From Octopus vulgaris (taxonomy: Eukaryota): a stretch of 64,000 nucleotides of DNA. The stretch spans positions 47,864,001 to 47,928,000 of the forward strand of contig OX597835.1 in NCBI GenBank assembly GCA_951406725.2, given 5' to 3'. A model generated the notes under the pieces. That model had not been told where the DNA came from, made no database searches, and saw only the letters and a list, made by a program, of their open reading frames with translations. The translations under genes and the position numbers were made by a program. This document shows positions 27,314-39,632 of this stretch, piece by piece; the stretch's first letter is position 1, and each line of letters begins with the position of its first letter.

Positions 27314-28690
27314 ACTCGCCTACTACCACCAGTACCACCAGACGCTTACTACCACCAGTACCACCACACGCTTACTACCACTTGTACCACTACACGCCTA
27401 CTACAACCAGTACCACCACACGCTTACTACCACTTGTACCACTACACGCCTACTACCACCAGTACCACCACACGCTTACTACCACCAGTACCACCACACG
27501 CTTACTACCACTTGTACCACTACACGCCTACTACAACCAGTACCACCACACGCTTACTACCACTTGTACCACTACACGCCTACTACCACCAGTACCACCA
27601 CACGCTTACTACCACTTGTACCACTACACGCCTACTACAACCAGTACCACCACACGCTTACTACCACTTGTACCACTACACGCCTACTACAACCAGTACC
27701 ACCACACGCTTACTACCACTTGTACCACTACACGCCTACTACAACCAGTACCACTACACACCTACTACCACTTGTACCACCACTCGCCTACTACCACCAG
27801 TACCACCACACGCTTACTACCACTTGTACCACTACACGCCTACTACAACCAGTACCACCACACGCTTACTACCACTTGTACCACCACTCGCCTACTACCA
27901 CCAGTACCACCACACGCTTACTACCACTTGTACCACCACTCGCCTACTACCACCAGTACCACCACACGCTTACTACCACTTGTACCACCATTCGCTTACT
28001 ACCACCAGTACCACCACACGCTTACTACCACTTGTACCACCACACGCTTACTACCACTTGTACCACCATTCGCTTACTACCACCAGTACCACCACACGCT
28101 TACTACCACTTGTACCACCATTCGCTTACTACCACCAGTACCACCACACGCTTACTACCACTTGTACCACCATTCGCTTACTACAACCAGTACCACCACA
28201 CGCTTACTACCACTTGTACCACCACACGCCTACTACCACCAGTACCACCACACGCTTACTACCACTTGTACCACCATTCGCTTACTACCACCAGTACCAC
28301 CACACGCTTACTACCACTTGTACCACTACACGCCTACTACAACCAGTACCACCACACGCTTACTACCACCAGTACAACCACACGCTTACTACCACTTGTA
28401 ACACTACACGCCTACTACAACCAGTACCACCACACGCTTACTACCACTTGTACCACCACTCGCATACTACCACCAGTACCACCACACGCTTACTACCACT
28501 TGTACCACCACTCGCGTACTACAACCAGTACCACCACACGCTTACTACCACTTGTACCACCACTCGCGTACTACCACCAGTACCACCACACGCTTACTAC
28601 CACTTCAACCACCACTCGCCTACTATCACCAGTACCACCACACGCTTACTACCACTTGTACCACCACACGCCTACTACAACCAGTACCGC
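27314..28690 (+). repeat. Minisatellite, 26-bp unit alternating as a 52-bp higher-order dimer
   Basis: Units gtaccaccacacgcttactaccactt / gtaccactacacgcctactacaacca, about 50 copies; open in all three plus-strand frames. Confidence 0.95.
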
Positions 28691-29154
28691 CACCTACAAC
28701 AACAACAACAACAACCGTAGCAACAACAATAACAGCAACAACAAACGAATGTCCACGAAAGCGAAGCAAGCTGTCTTCAAAACATGGCGCTCTAGTAGCT
28801 ACTTGCAACCGGAACCGAAGCATTTTAACGGTCACGTGTCTTTGTTCATGCTATAAAAGGCAATTATAAGTCTGTCACAGTGTTAGCGAGCACGCATGCG
28901 TATGTCGTCGCGTGGCAGGGTCACGTGCCTCCGTATAATGTCTACACACACCGACGAATAAACGTGCATAAAGCTTGTGTAACTCACACCGTTTATAATA
29001 CATTTGATGTGCCCTTGGACACACTTGAAATGCATTCTGCATCTTAAGGACATACGAATATAGAGCTACGAACGCGCTTCTGTACGTACGTATGGATGCA
29101 CGCAATGAATCTATGTATGTATGTGTGTATGTGTACGTGCATCAGCGGGTCCGT

Positions 29155-29603
29155 TCTTCTTCTTCTTCTTCTTCTTCTTCTTCCTCTCCTTCTTCTACTT
29201 CTTCTACTTCTTCTCCTTCTTCTTCTTCTTCTTCTTCTTCTTCTTCTTCTTCTTCTCCTTCTCCTCCTTCTTCTTCATTTTCTTCTTCTTCGTCTTCTTC
29301 TCCTTCTCCTCCGCCTTCTTCTTCTTCTTCTTCTTCTTCTTCTTCTTCTTCGTCTTCTTCTCCTTCTCCTCCTTCTTCTTCTTCTTCTTCTTCTTCTTCT
29401 TCGTCTTCTTCTCCTTCTCCTCCTTCTTCTTCTTTTCTTCTTCTTCTTCGTCTTCTTCTCCTTCTCCTCCTCTTCTTCTTCTTCTTCTTCTTCTTCTTCT
29501 TCTTCTCCTTCTTCTCCTCCTCCTCCTCCTCTTCTTTCTTCTTCTTCTTCTTCTTCTTCTTCTTCTTCTTCTTCTTCTTCTTCTTCTTCCTCCTCCTCCT
29601 TCT

Positions 29604-29650
<47 letters not shown>

Positions 29651-29661
29651 TTCTTCTTCTT
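29155..29661. repeat. (TTC)n/(TCC)n polypyrimidine tract
   Basis: Directly visible. Confidence 0.95.
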
Positions 29662-30157
29662 CCCTATATATGTATGCGTGTAGATATGTAAACAGAAAAC
29701 TTTTATCTGCATGTGTACGTGCGTTTCAACGTATGTGCGCGTATATGTGTGTGTGTATGTGTGCGTATACACATATTCATGCCTATATATATATAAATGT
29801 GCACATATATACGTATGAATATAGATAGACATGTCCCTATACAAATATATGCATGCACTCTGGGTCGTAAACATACAAGTACATAAACGTATACTTGCGT
29901 ATCAGCGTGTATAATACATATAAATATGTCATACACGGCATCAGATTTCTGTAAAAATTGCCATACGCGCGTATAAATCACATCTAGTGACATAAATAAA
30001 TAAACACACACACACACATACACATGCATACACACACGCATACACATGCATGTATCTGCAACATGCGTAGCCTCACATCACAGCGATAGTAAGGGTCTCG
30101 AATTTCATGGATGTCTTCAGCTACGCCATTAGCCTAATGTACACACGCACAAACCAA

Positions 30158-30201
<44 letters not shown>

Positions 30202-30373
30202 CACACACACACATCACACACATACATATATACACAAGGACACACACGGACAAACCCCCACACATAGCTTACAATTAACACAACGCCATCATCCAATAAC
30301 CACAACAACAACAATAACCACAACAAATTCGCCAACGTAAACAATAAAGACAGGAACATGCAACCATTTGTCG

Positions 30374-30376
<3 letters not shown>

Positions 30377-30418
<42 letters not shown>

Positions 30419-30587
30419 CATCTTATTATTATTATTATTATCATTATTATTATTATTTTTTATCATTATTATTATTATTGTTATTATTATTATTATCATT
30501 ATTATTATTATTTTTTATCATTATTATTATTATTGTTATTATTATTATTATCATTATTATTATTATTTTTTATCATTATTATTATTA

Positions 30588-30619
<32 letters not shown>

Positions 30620-30638
30620 TTTATCATTATTATTATTA

Positions 30639-30670
<32 letters not shown>

Positions 30671-30682
30671 TTATTATTATTA

Positions 30683-30755
<73 letters not shown>

Positions 30756-30804
30756 CATTATTATTATTATTATTATTATTTTTTATCAAATAGTATTATT
30801 ATTA

Positions 30805-30835
<31 letters not shown>

Positions 30836-30852
30836 GTATTATTATTATTATT
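30377..30852. repeat. (ATT)n microsatellite with internal higher-order repeats
   Basis: The block ttttttatcattattattattattgtt recurs about four times. Confidence 0.92.
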
Positions 30853-30919
30853 GAATCTTTCTCGCCTTTTTTATTCTTTTTCAATTTTCTAATACAAATA
30901 GTATTTAGTACGTAGGTAC

Positions 30920-30950
<31 letters not shown>

Positions 30951-30976
30951 TGTATGTATTTATGTATTTATGTATG

Positions 30977-31010
<34 letters not shown>

Positions 31011-31178
31011 TGCATGTATGTATGTATGTATGTATGTATGTATGTTTGTATGTATGTATGTATGTGTTTACGTAGGTTGATAGGAAGGTTTGTGTCCGTG
31101 CAAAAATGTATCGATGTTTATGTGCGTATGGTGTGTACTGTGTGTGTGTGGATATGTATATATATTTATATACACACA

Positions 31179-31229
<51 letters not shown>

Positions 31230-31783
31230 GTTTATATATATATTTATATACAGTATATGTGTGTGTGTTTCTATGTATGTATGTATGTATGTATGCATCT
31301 ATCTATCTATCTTTCTGCCTGTCTGTCTGTCTGTCTGTCAATCTGTCTGTATGTGTGTATGTATGCAATAACGTGTGTGCGTGTGTGTGTGTATTTGTCG
31401 GCGTCAGTTTGCGTTGAGCTAAGAATTTTTGCCTGGTTTACTGGATGTCATGGCACAAACCCGGACAAGATGAAACACTACCCCCTGCACCATGACCACA
31501 GCCATACCAGCACCAGCACCACCAGCACCAGCACCACCGCCACCGCCACCACCAAGAACGAAATCAGTCCCTCCCACCCCGTCACCACCACAACCAAGAC
31601 CCAGCTACGTCTTCTTTTGCGACGACAAAAACAGAATCCACCACCGCCACCGCAACAAACAAGTCCACCAACCACTACCATCACCACCATCATCATCACC
31701 ATAACCACCGCAACCATGACCTCCACTACCGCTACATCCCACCACCACCACTACCAAAGAAAGAACAAAAACAACAACCACAG

Positions 31784-31830
<47 letters not shown>

Positions 31831-32154
31831 GCTACTACCACCACCACCACTACTACAAAACAACCTCTCGTCTGACCCTGAAATATTTATATGGTTGTTG
31901 TGCCGTCATTATTTTCTGTTTTGTTGTGACATTTCTTCGGAAGATTCCCTTGAGTGGTGGCGGCAATGGTGGCGGTGGTGCTGGTGGGGGCAGGGCGGTG
32001 GTGGTGGTGGCGTTGGGCGTGGTAGTGGTTGTGATGATGGCAGCGGAGGTGGTAGTCGTGACGGTTCTGGCAGTAGTAATCGTGGTGTTGATGTTTGTGA
32101 CTGTGTTGGGCGGCGGTGATGGTGGTGGTGGTGGTGGTGGTGGTGGTGATTATG

Positions 32155-32560
32155 TTGGTGTTAGCGATGGTGGCGGTGCTGGGTGGCGGTGGTTGTGGGC
32201 GGCGGCGGTGGTGGTGGTGGTGGTGTTAGCGATGGTGGCGGTGCTGGGTGGCGGTGGCGGTGGTTGTGGGCGGCGGCGGTGGTGGTGGTGGTGTTAGCGA
32301 TGGTGGCGGTGCTGGGTGGCGGTGGCGGTGGTTGTGGGCGGCGTCGGCGGTGGTGGTGGTGGTGGTGGTGGTGTTAGCGATGGTGGCGGTGCTGGGTGGC
32401 GGTGGCGGTGGTTGTGGGCGGCGGCGGCGGCGGTGGTGGTGGTGGTGGTGGTGGTGGTGGTGGTGTTCGTGTTAGCGATGGTGGCGGCTAGGGTTAGGGT
32501 TAGGGTGCTGGGCGGCGGCGGCGGCGGCGGTGGTGGTGGTGCTAGCGATGGTGGTGGTGG
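32155..32560 (+). repeat. G-rich ~65-90-bp minisatellite
   Basis: The anchor gtgttagcgatggtggcgg recurs five times, separated by variable (GGC)n(GGT)n. Confidence 0.85.
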
Positions 32561-33167
32561 TGGTTGTAGTTGGTGTTGCCGGTGTCAGCGGTGCCACTGG
32601 GAATGGTGTTGACTGTGGTGACAGCAGTGGTTGTGGTAGTGGTGATAGCCAGCGCGGTGGTGGTTGAGGCGGTAGTAGTGGTAACTGTTGTTGTGGTGAT
32701 GGTGGTGTTGGTAGCGATAGTTGTGACTTTGGTGGCGGTAATGGTGCTGGTTACAAGTCTAGTGGCTTAGGCTGTAGTATTCATTGTAGTATTATCAGTA
32801 ATAGTAGTAGTAGTAGCAGCAGTAGTTTTTACAGTGATGTATATTGGTGCTACTGGCGGTATCGTTGGAGATGATGGTGAAGGTTATGGTAGTTGTTGAA
32901 TTTCTGGTGGTTGTAGTGGTGGTGGGGACGGTGGTGGTTACGGTAGTAGTATTGGTAGTTGAGGTGGTGGTTGGTGGCGGTGTTGATGATGATCGTTATT
33001 GTGGATGTGGTGGTGGTTGAGGCAGTAGTTAAGAAAGTGGTAGCTGTGCTGTTGATGGCGGTGGCTGTTGTGGTTGATGTGGTGGTCATGGTTGGAGTGG
33101 TGAGAACGGAGGCTGTAGTGGTGGCCATAGTGGTGGTGGTTATGCTGGTGGTATAAGTAGGTGAGGT

Positions 33168-33490
33168 GAAGGCGCTTGGCTTAGTGGTTAAAGATATTCG
33201 GTTCACTATCGTAAGGTGGGGAGTTCAAATCCCGTCGACGCGTTCTGTCCTTGAGCAAGACACTTTATTTTCACGTTTCTCCAGTCCTCTTAGCTGGCAA
33301 AAATGAGTCTTACCTGTAATTCAAAGGGTCAGCCTTGTTGCACTCTGTGTCCCGCTGAATCTCTCCGAGAACTACGTTAAGGGTACGCGTGTCTGTGGAA
33401 TACTCAGCCAGTTACACGTTAATTCCACGAGTAGGCTCTCCTGTTGATCGGATCAGCTGGAACAGTCATCGTCGTAACCGACGGAGTCCT
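33168..33490 (+). mobile_element. SINE family D copy
   Basis: A box tggcttagtgg, B box gagttcaaatccc; homologous to 8891-9175. Confidence 0.82.
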
Positions 33491-33554
33491 TCTTGTTTCG
33501 CAAAGAATGTGAACGTCAAGCGTTGTAAAGGGACCATGGAAAATACCTTCATGT

Positions 33555-34290
33555 TGTTGTGGTTATTTGGCCCCAGGTCAGGAGCGATTCAAGTGAAACT
33601 CTATGACCAAATCCTTCAAACCATGACCATCACTTAAGAAAATATATCCAGAAATACATTTACCCAATGTCAAGATGTACTTTGGGACAAATTTAGTTGA
33701 TATTTCTAGGAGACAGAATGACCAGATGGTGGCCGAGCAACAAATGCGATTCTACATTAGGCACGGGAAATCTTTATCTTGAAGCGGGCCGCATGGTCTA
33801 TGGCTCGTCATCAAGTGGGCCGCTCTGCTGAAACAAGTAATTTTTTGATAGGCATGTCGTTAATAAAATCCCGTGGGTTGCAAGCCTGTCTATGATTTGC
33901 TCCACAAGGCTTTTCGACTTGCTAACAATAGCAGGCAATTTCCCTTAAATCACATCTTGTCTTAAAGCAGAAAACGCATTGGACAATGTAGTTGTAGATA
34001 GCTTTGACAAGATTCAGTGGTCAAATTTAGAAGAATTTGACCACTGAATCAACACATGGAGCACTGAACTGGGACTAAAGAACAAGATGAACTAGAAACA
34101 ATGAAGAGGACCCTTGGTTAGTATCAAAAAGGGTCCTTGGTTGGTGTATGCCTAAGTTGAGATTCGGCCATTCAGTTTTTCCAAACATATCTAGGACACA
34201 TTATCTAATGTATTCTTTGCTGTTCTAAGGCAACAAAATGGAATTACAGAGGATTTTCCTGTTATTTCCAGCAAGTCGATTAACCACATA
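33555..34290. mobile_element. Cluster of old, diverged interspersed repeats (gctagaaatagcagccaaat-type family)
   Basis: Related motifs recur at about 20390, 21077, 33920, 50024 and 54119, and in reverse near 33700 and 34260. Confidence 0.5.
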
Positions 34291-34432
34291 AAGGCTCTTA
34301 GTCAAGCTCAATCACCGTTTGTATGCATATATGTAACCCTGTATAAATGAATCTATATAGCCATGTGTATATGCATATCTATATCTGTGCAAGTCCGCAC
34401 ACGCGCGCGCACACACACATACACAGACATAT

Positions 34433-34883
34433 CATTATCATCATTGTTCGACCGTGGTCGAGACAATGGAATTTACCATGCTACGCCAGACTTCACGGTC
34501 CATCATGGCATTACGGAGGTCTTGTTGTTGGATGCCTGTATCCCGGTAGATTACATCAGGGTAGGAGAGTGTGCGCCCTCTGGTATTGCGAGTAGATGAC
34601 TTCCAGAGGAGAAGAGGAGAAATTACCTCTTTTTCAGCTCTACAACAATGTCCAGCAAACTGGACTCTCTTACCCTTCACAAGAGATGATACAGATGGCA
34701 GTTTCCCATATATTTGCATTTTAGTTGGATGGCGCCTCCACGAGAGATTTTGAGCTCTCATAAGGAGGCGAGTGTAGGTTCCATCCAACCGCCTCTCAAG
34801 CTTCTTTGATAACGTCCAGGTTTCTGAGCCATATAGTAGAATTGGTTCAACTGTGGCTTTGAAGATTTCAAGTTTGAAGTCTC
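34433..34883 (-). mobile_element. 5'-truncated RTE-type LINE, ORF2 C-terminus, with 13-bp TSD
   Basis: Open frame KLEIFKATVEPILLYGSETWTL...FAGHCCR...AMMDREVWRSMV; short (TGA)n tail; TSD tacacagacatat at 34420-34432 and 34884-34896. Confidence 0.9.
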
Positions 34884-35082
34884 TACACAGACATATAAAT
34901 ACATATACATAGATACAGACATACACACACACATGTAGTATGATTCGGGTAAAAACCTCGTAACATGCTTTTAAGAGCTCATTTATTTGCATCCTACATG
35001 TTATGCAAGAGAAGGGTATATTTCGGGCCTGGATACACATGTGGAACTTCTCTTTGCATAAGGTTAATACAGGGATAATATA

Positions 35083-35322
35083 TATTTCTTTACTACCCAC
35101 AAGGGGCTAAACACAGAGGGGACAAACAAGGACAGACAAACGGATTAAGTCGATTATATCGACCCCAGTGCGTAACTGGTACTTTATTTATCGACCCCGA
35201 AAGGATTAAAGGCAAAGTCGACATCGGAGGAATTTGAACTCAGAACGTAGTGGCAGACGAAATACGGCTACGCATTTCGCCCGGCGTGCTAACGTTTCTG
35301 CCAGCTCCCCCCACCCCACCTT
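35083..35322 (-). mobile_element. Full-length SINE B with 21-bp TSD
   Basis: TSD ggttaataca(g/a)ggataatata at 35062-35082 and 35323-35343. Confidence 0.9.
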
Positions 35323-35594
35323 GGTTAATACAAGGATAATATAACACGAGGATGGAGGATATCAGGTTTTTATAGTAGAACACAACATTTGTTTCTGCAT
35401 CACACACCCGTTGCTGAGTTTCTATTAAGAAACCATTATTCAAGATATATTCAACTTTTATGTCAATTATAAAGAATACATTTGTATAATGGTATATGAT
35501 TATAGACTCAGCAACTTAGAACTGGTGTCCGGTGCAGAAACAAATGTTGGCGGTCTACTATGTCCTCCATGTGTCATATTATATATATATATAT

Positions 35595-35979
35595 ATAAAT
35601 GAAAGAATGGAGTCGAACGACGATTTAACAAAATTCCTTTATTCTCTACATATGTTTCGAAAACTGCATATTCTCAATTCCGAAGGAATAAAGGGTGCAT
35701 TATGCCGCCTTCTCATCAGGAAAGACAAGGAACTTATGTCAGCATCATGACGAACAAAAACTCTTAGATGACTGCCCACACGGAGTCCCTCCGTGTGGGC
35801 AGTCATCTAAGAGTTTTCGTGCATTTTGATGCTGACATAAGTTCCTTGTCTTTCCTGGTGAGAAGGCGGCATAATGCACCCTTTATTCCTTCGGAATTGA
35901 GAATATGCAGTCTTCGAAACATATGTCGAGAATAAAGGAATTTTGTTAAATCGTCGTTCGACTCCATTCTTTCATTTAT
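35595..35979. mobile_element. 385-bp fold-back palindrome, Penelope-like inverted terminal repeat
   Basis: The two arms are near-perfect reverse complements around a 3-nt loop (35786-35788); each arm carries a hammerhead motif. Confidence 0.85.
35643..35723 (-). ncRNA. Minimal type-I hammerhead ribozyme
   Basis: tttc-CTGATGA-gaaggcggcata...tatgcagttttc-GAAA-catatg-TA-gaga; palindromic stem III acatatgt. Confidence 0.75.
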
Positions 35980-36266
35980 TTATAATAAAAAGACACAAAT
36001 TTCCACACGAAAGCACGTGATTTCTGCCCTTGGCATGTAGCTTCAACCGTGTTTTCTGACGTGAATTTGCTACCCGGGTATCGATTAACCGAATTATCCA
36101 TACTAGATTATTCATTCAACTACACACACACACATATATATATAATTACGGAGATGTACTTGCATAGCAAGTGACCTGATATATATAATATATATTTCGT
36201 TTTGGGATTTGGTTTGCAGACTCTTTATGTGAGTTCGTGTGTCATTCTCTTTTAGTGCCTTATTAT

Positions 36267-36622
36267 TTAAACACACTCACCGGTAAAGTTTCCACTCATT
36301 TACTTATTTATTTTTCTCAAATTTTCGTTGCATCTTGCAGCCTTTTCAATAGGTGCTGACTATGTCTGTTATCCAAGCTGCGTTCTTTTTGCGTTATTTT
36401 TGTTTGTTTGATTTGTTGTTTTTGTGTTTATTTTTGTTTGTTTTTGCTTTTTCCTTTTTGTTTCTTTTTTTGCGTTAAAAATAAACAAACAAACAAACAG
36501 AAAGAACGCAGCTTGAATAACGGACAGAGTCAACAACTATTGAAAAGGTTGCAAGACACAACGAAAATTTGAGAAAAACAAATAAGTAAATGAGTGGAAA
36601 TTTTACCGGTGAGTGTGTTAAA
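36267..36622. repeat. Inverted repeat, ~120-bp arms (36267-36390 / 36500-36622)
   Basis: aacacactcaccggtaaagtttccactcatttacttattt...gctgcgttcttt versus its reverse complement; T-rich spacer; (TA)n nearby on both sides. Confidence 0.85.
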
Positions 36623-36867
36623 TTATGAGCCACTAAAAGTATATATATACATATATATACATACATATATATATATATATATATAATAAATATTAGGGAA
36701 TAAATCCAAATTTACAGGGAAAAATCAGATTTAGGATTGAATCCAATTTTATAGTAAAATATTATATTATATTAAATTAGAGACAAAACCACTATTATGC
36801 AAATCAAACAAAGAAAGACTTGAGCTAATACATAAAATAATTTATATAAATTAAATTTAATTAAAAT

Positions 36868-36921
36868 AACCACTACGATCGTTTCGTGTCAGCACTTCTA
36901 TGAGACATTCTTCAGGTGATT
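36868..36921 (-). ncRNA. Minimal type-I hammerhead ribozyme
   Basis: aatcac-CTGAAGA-atgtc...gacac-GAAA-cgatcg-TA-gtggtt; 6-bp stem I, palindromic stem III acgatcgt; host repeat homologous to 56750-56950. Confidence 0.75.
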
Positions 36922-37169
36922 TCAAAACCTAAAATATAATCAATATTTTTAAGATATAAATAATCTATATAATCTAAATAAATAATTTACTTATAATAAA
37001 CTCTATTATTAAATATGATTATATCGAAATCGACTATAATGTTAAATATTAACTTTAATTTATAAGGTAGAAAATCCATATTCTAATATCCATTTTAGTC
37101 TATATCTACTTATATAGATATTTGAAATGACTAATATATATAAATTATCAATGAAAATATATATATATG

Positions 37170-37343
37170 TAGGCGCAGGCGTGAAGCTGTGTGGTAAAAC
37201 AATTTCTTCCCAACCACATGCTTCCAAGTTCAGTCGTACTGCGTAGCACCTTGGGTAAAGGTCTTCTACTATAGACTCGGGCCGACCAGTGCTGTGAGTG
37301 GATTTGGTAGGCGGAAACTCAAAGAAGCCCGTCGTATATATAC

Positions 37344-37381
<38 letters not shown>

Positions 37382-37685
37382 GGAAACACACACACGCACA
37401 AACACACATATATATATGTATATTTATGTATATATATATGTGTGTGCATATATCTATGTGTGTGTGTATATTAGTCTGTCTGTGTTTTCCCCCCACCCCA
37501 TTGCTTGATACACGATTTTGGTGTATTTGCGTAAACTATCGGTTCGGTTAAAGAGATCGATAAAATAAGTAGTAGGCTTACAAAGAATGAGTGCTGTGGT
37601 CAGTTTGTTCGACTAAAGGCGGTGCTCCAGCAAGGCCGCGGTCAAAATGACTGAAACAAGTAAAAGAATAAAAGGAAAGGAAAGA
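37170..37685 (+). mobile_element. SINE family A copy
   Basis: Head, microsatellite linker and tail all recognisable. Confidence 0.87.
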
Positions 37686-37694
37686 ATATATATG

Positions 37695-37958
37695 ATGGCC
37701 GTTCTTGTCGAAGACGACGTGCACGAGAGTCGTTTATAGTGATCAAAGGTATGTGCTGTGCATTAGCTCTCACTCCCTCCAACAATATCGACATCGTCTG
37801 CACAAGTCTGACCACACGTCAGGGGTCGAAATGATCGCAGAGCAACGGGAAAATGAAGTGTTTTGCTCAAGAACACAACGGACTGCTCGGTACAGGGACC
37901 GAAACCACGATCTACCGATCGTGAGTGCAACTCCCACACCTCGTTGCCACGTGCCTTC
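37695..37958 (-). mobile_element. SINE family C copy
   Basis: Reverse complement of 10757-11048. Confidence 0.85.
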
Positions 37959-38587
37959 ACCCATACTTTGCCATAAAAATTAGTTGATACTTCGAGAAAA
38001 CAGACATCACCTAAAATTGAGGCTTATCCCCGGTAGTAGGCCGTTTAAAGCACGTTCGCTGTATTCGGCTACCTGATGTCATCAACAGAGTGAATACCGC
38101 ACTCACTTTCTCTCATATATTACACACATACACACACATACATGCTCACAAATATATATATACAAACACACACACACACACACACACATGCAGACACGCA
38201 CACACAGACACACAGACACACACAAACACATATATATGTGTGTTTGTATGTATATATATGTATATAGGCGTTCAGGAGAGTATACTGGCACTGATGTAGC
38301 AATATTTGAAATATTGTCCAGGTAAACCTCGCTGAAGAAGACTAATCAAATGTACGATAAGAAACGTATTTGAAAAGTCCGAAACCTAGGCACTAGATTA
38401 TCCGATTCTGGGTTGTCCGTTTATCTAATGTTCTTCCGAGAGGTAAGACGAAGTTTTATTAGGTTCGCTGCCCTCGCAATGTATTTGCCAGTTTATATGC
38501 AGTGAAGCTTTACTATAGCGTCGTAACTTTATCGACAATTTCCAGTAAACATTAGTGCCTTGTTGTACCACTTCTCTATATTTGTGA

Positions 38588-38660
<73 letters not shown>

Positions 38661-38757
38661 AGTAACAATAAAGGGTGAAATTAATTAATTTGGAATAATT
38701 ATTAATTACACCAAGTAGATTTCGGCATGTAAAAGCCTCATTCGAAGAAAATTTAAG

Positions 38758-39248
38758 TAATACTAAGCAATTAAGGGTTTAGCAACGAATTGCCTCACCA
38801 CACACCGAATTTAGAAATAGCAGTCAAAGAGTTATAGCTATTCTTTCTACTAAAACATTGTCAGAGCGAGCCAAAACAATGTTTTGGCTCGCTCTGACAC
38901 TGAGTTGAGATAATGCCTTCTAGTATCTCAAAATTTAATATACAATTATTCATAATTGTAGTATCCTACGCTGATGAGAAAAGAAGTTTGGGTAAGGTAG
39001 AATTTTCTAATTCTTATGCTTTCCTAAAACTTGATTTCGAAACGTACGTCCGTAGGTGACTTAAAATTGTATGATAGATTGCCGTCATTTCATTCTCTCT
39101 TACCTGTCTGTGTTTGCCTTTCAAGTGCTGTGTTTTTACTGAGATCTCCCTTTTAGTAGAAAGAATAGCTATAACTCTTTGACTGCTATTTCTAAATTCG
39201 GTGTGTGGTGAGGCAATTCGTTGCTAAACCCTTAATTGCTTAGTATTA
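38758..39248. mobile_element. Fold-back element with 98-bp inverted arms enclosing a 41-nt hairpin and a hammerhead
   Basis: 38758-38855 is the reverse complement of 39151-39248; inner palindrome at 38859-38899; lies between (TA)n tracts. Confidence 0.85.
38965..39056 (+). ncRNA. Minimal type-I hammerhead ribozyme (best example in the window)
   Basis: cctacg-CTGATGA-gaaa...tttc-GAAA-cgtacg-TC-cgtagg; perfect 6-bp stem I, extended stem II, palindromic stem III acgtacgt, GUC cleavage site. Confidence 0.88.
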
Positions 39249-39591
39249 TTTATATATATATATATATATCAAGCGAAACACGCTTGAGTCTGCTAGTGAC
39301 AGCTGATGAACTGGGGATTTTTCCTTGTGTAGTATGTCCTGTACCTTGTTTTTCTGTTGTAAAAAATGTTTTTCCCGTTTTCGTTTCTCGTTGAGTTCCA
39401 CGTCTCTGTTTTTTTGTAAAAAATGGCTTTTCCGTTTTCGTTTTTCGTTGAGTTCTACGTCTGGTTGTGGTGTCCTGTACTCACGTATATATATTTATAT
39501 ATGCATGTATATATACATGTAGATGTAGGTACGTACATATATGTTTGTATGTATGCATATATTTTATTTATTACATTATATATATATATAC

Positions 39592-39632
<41 letters not shown>

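Noticed and set aside
27314-28690. CRISPR-like regular array
   Set aside because: No unique spacers, no cas genes, eukaryotic context.
27180-28856. 558-aa mucin-like ORF and two overlapping long ORFs
   Set aside because: Translation of a 26-bp tandem repeat that is open in all three frames; the unit length is not a multiple of three.
30930-32297. 455-aa ORF
   Set aside because: Concatenated microsatellite translations with no domain-like segment.
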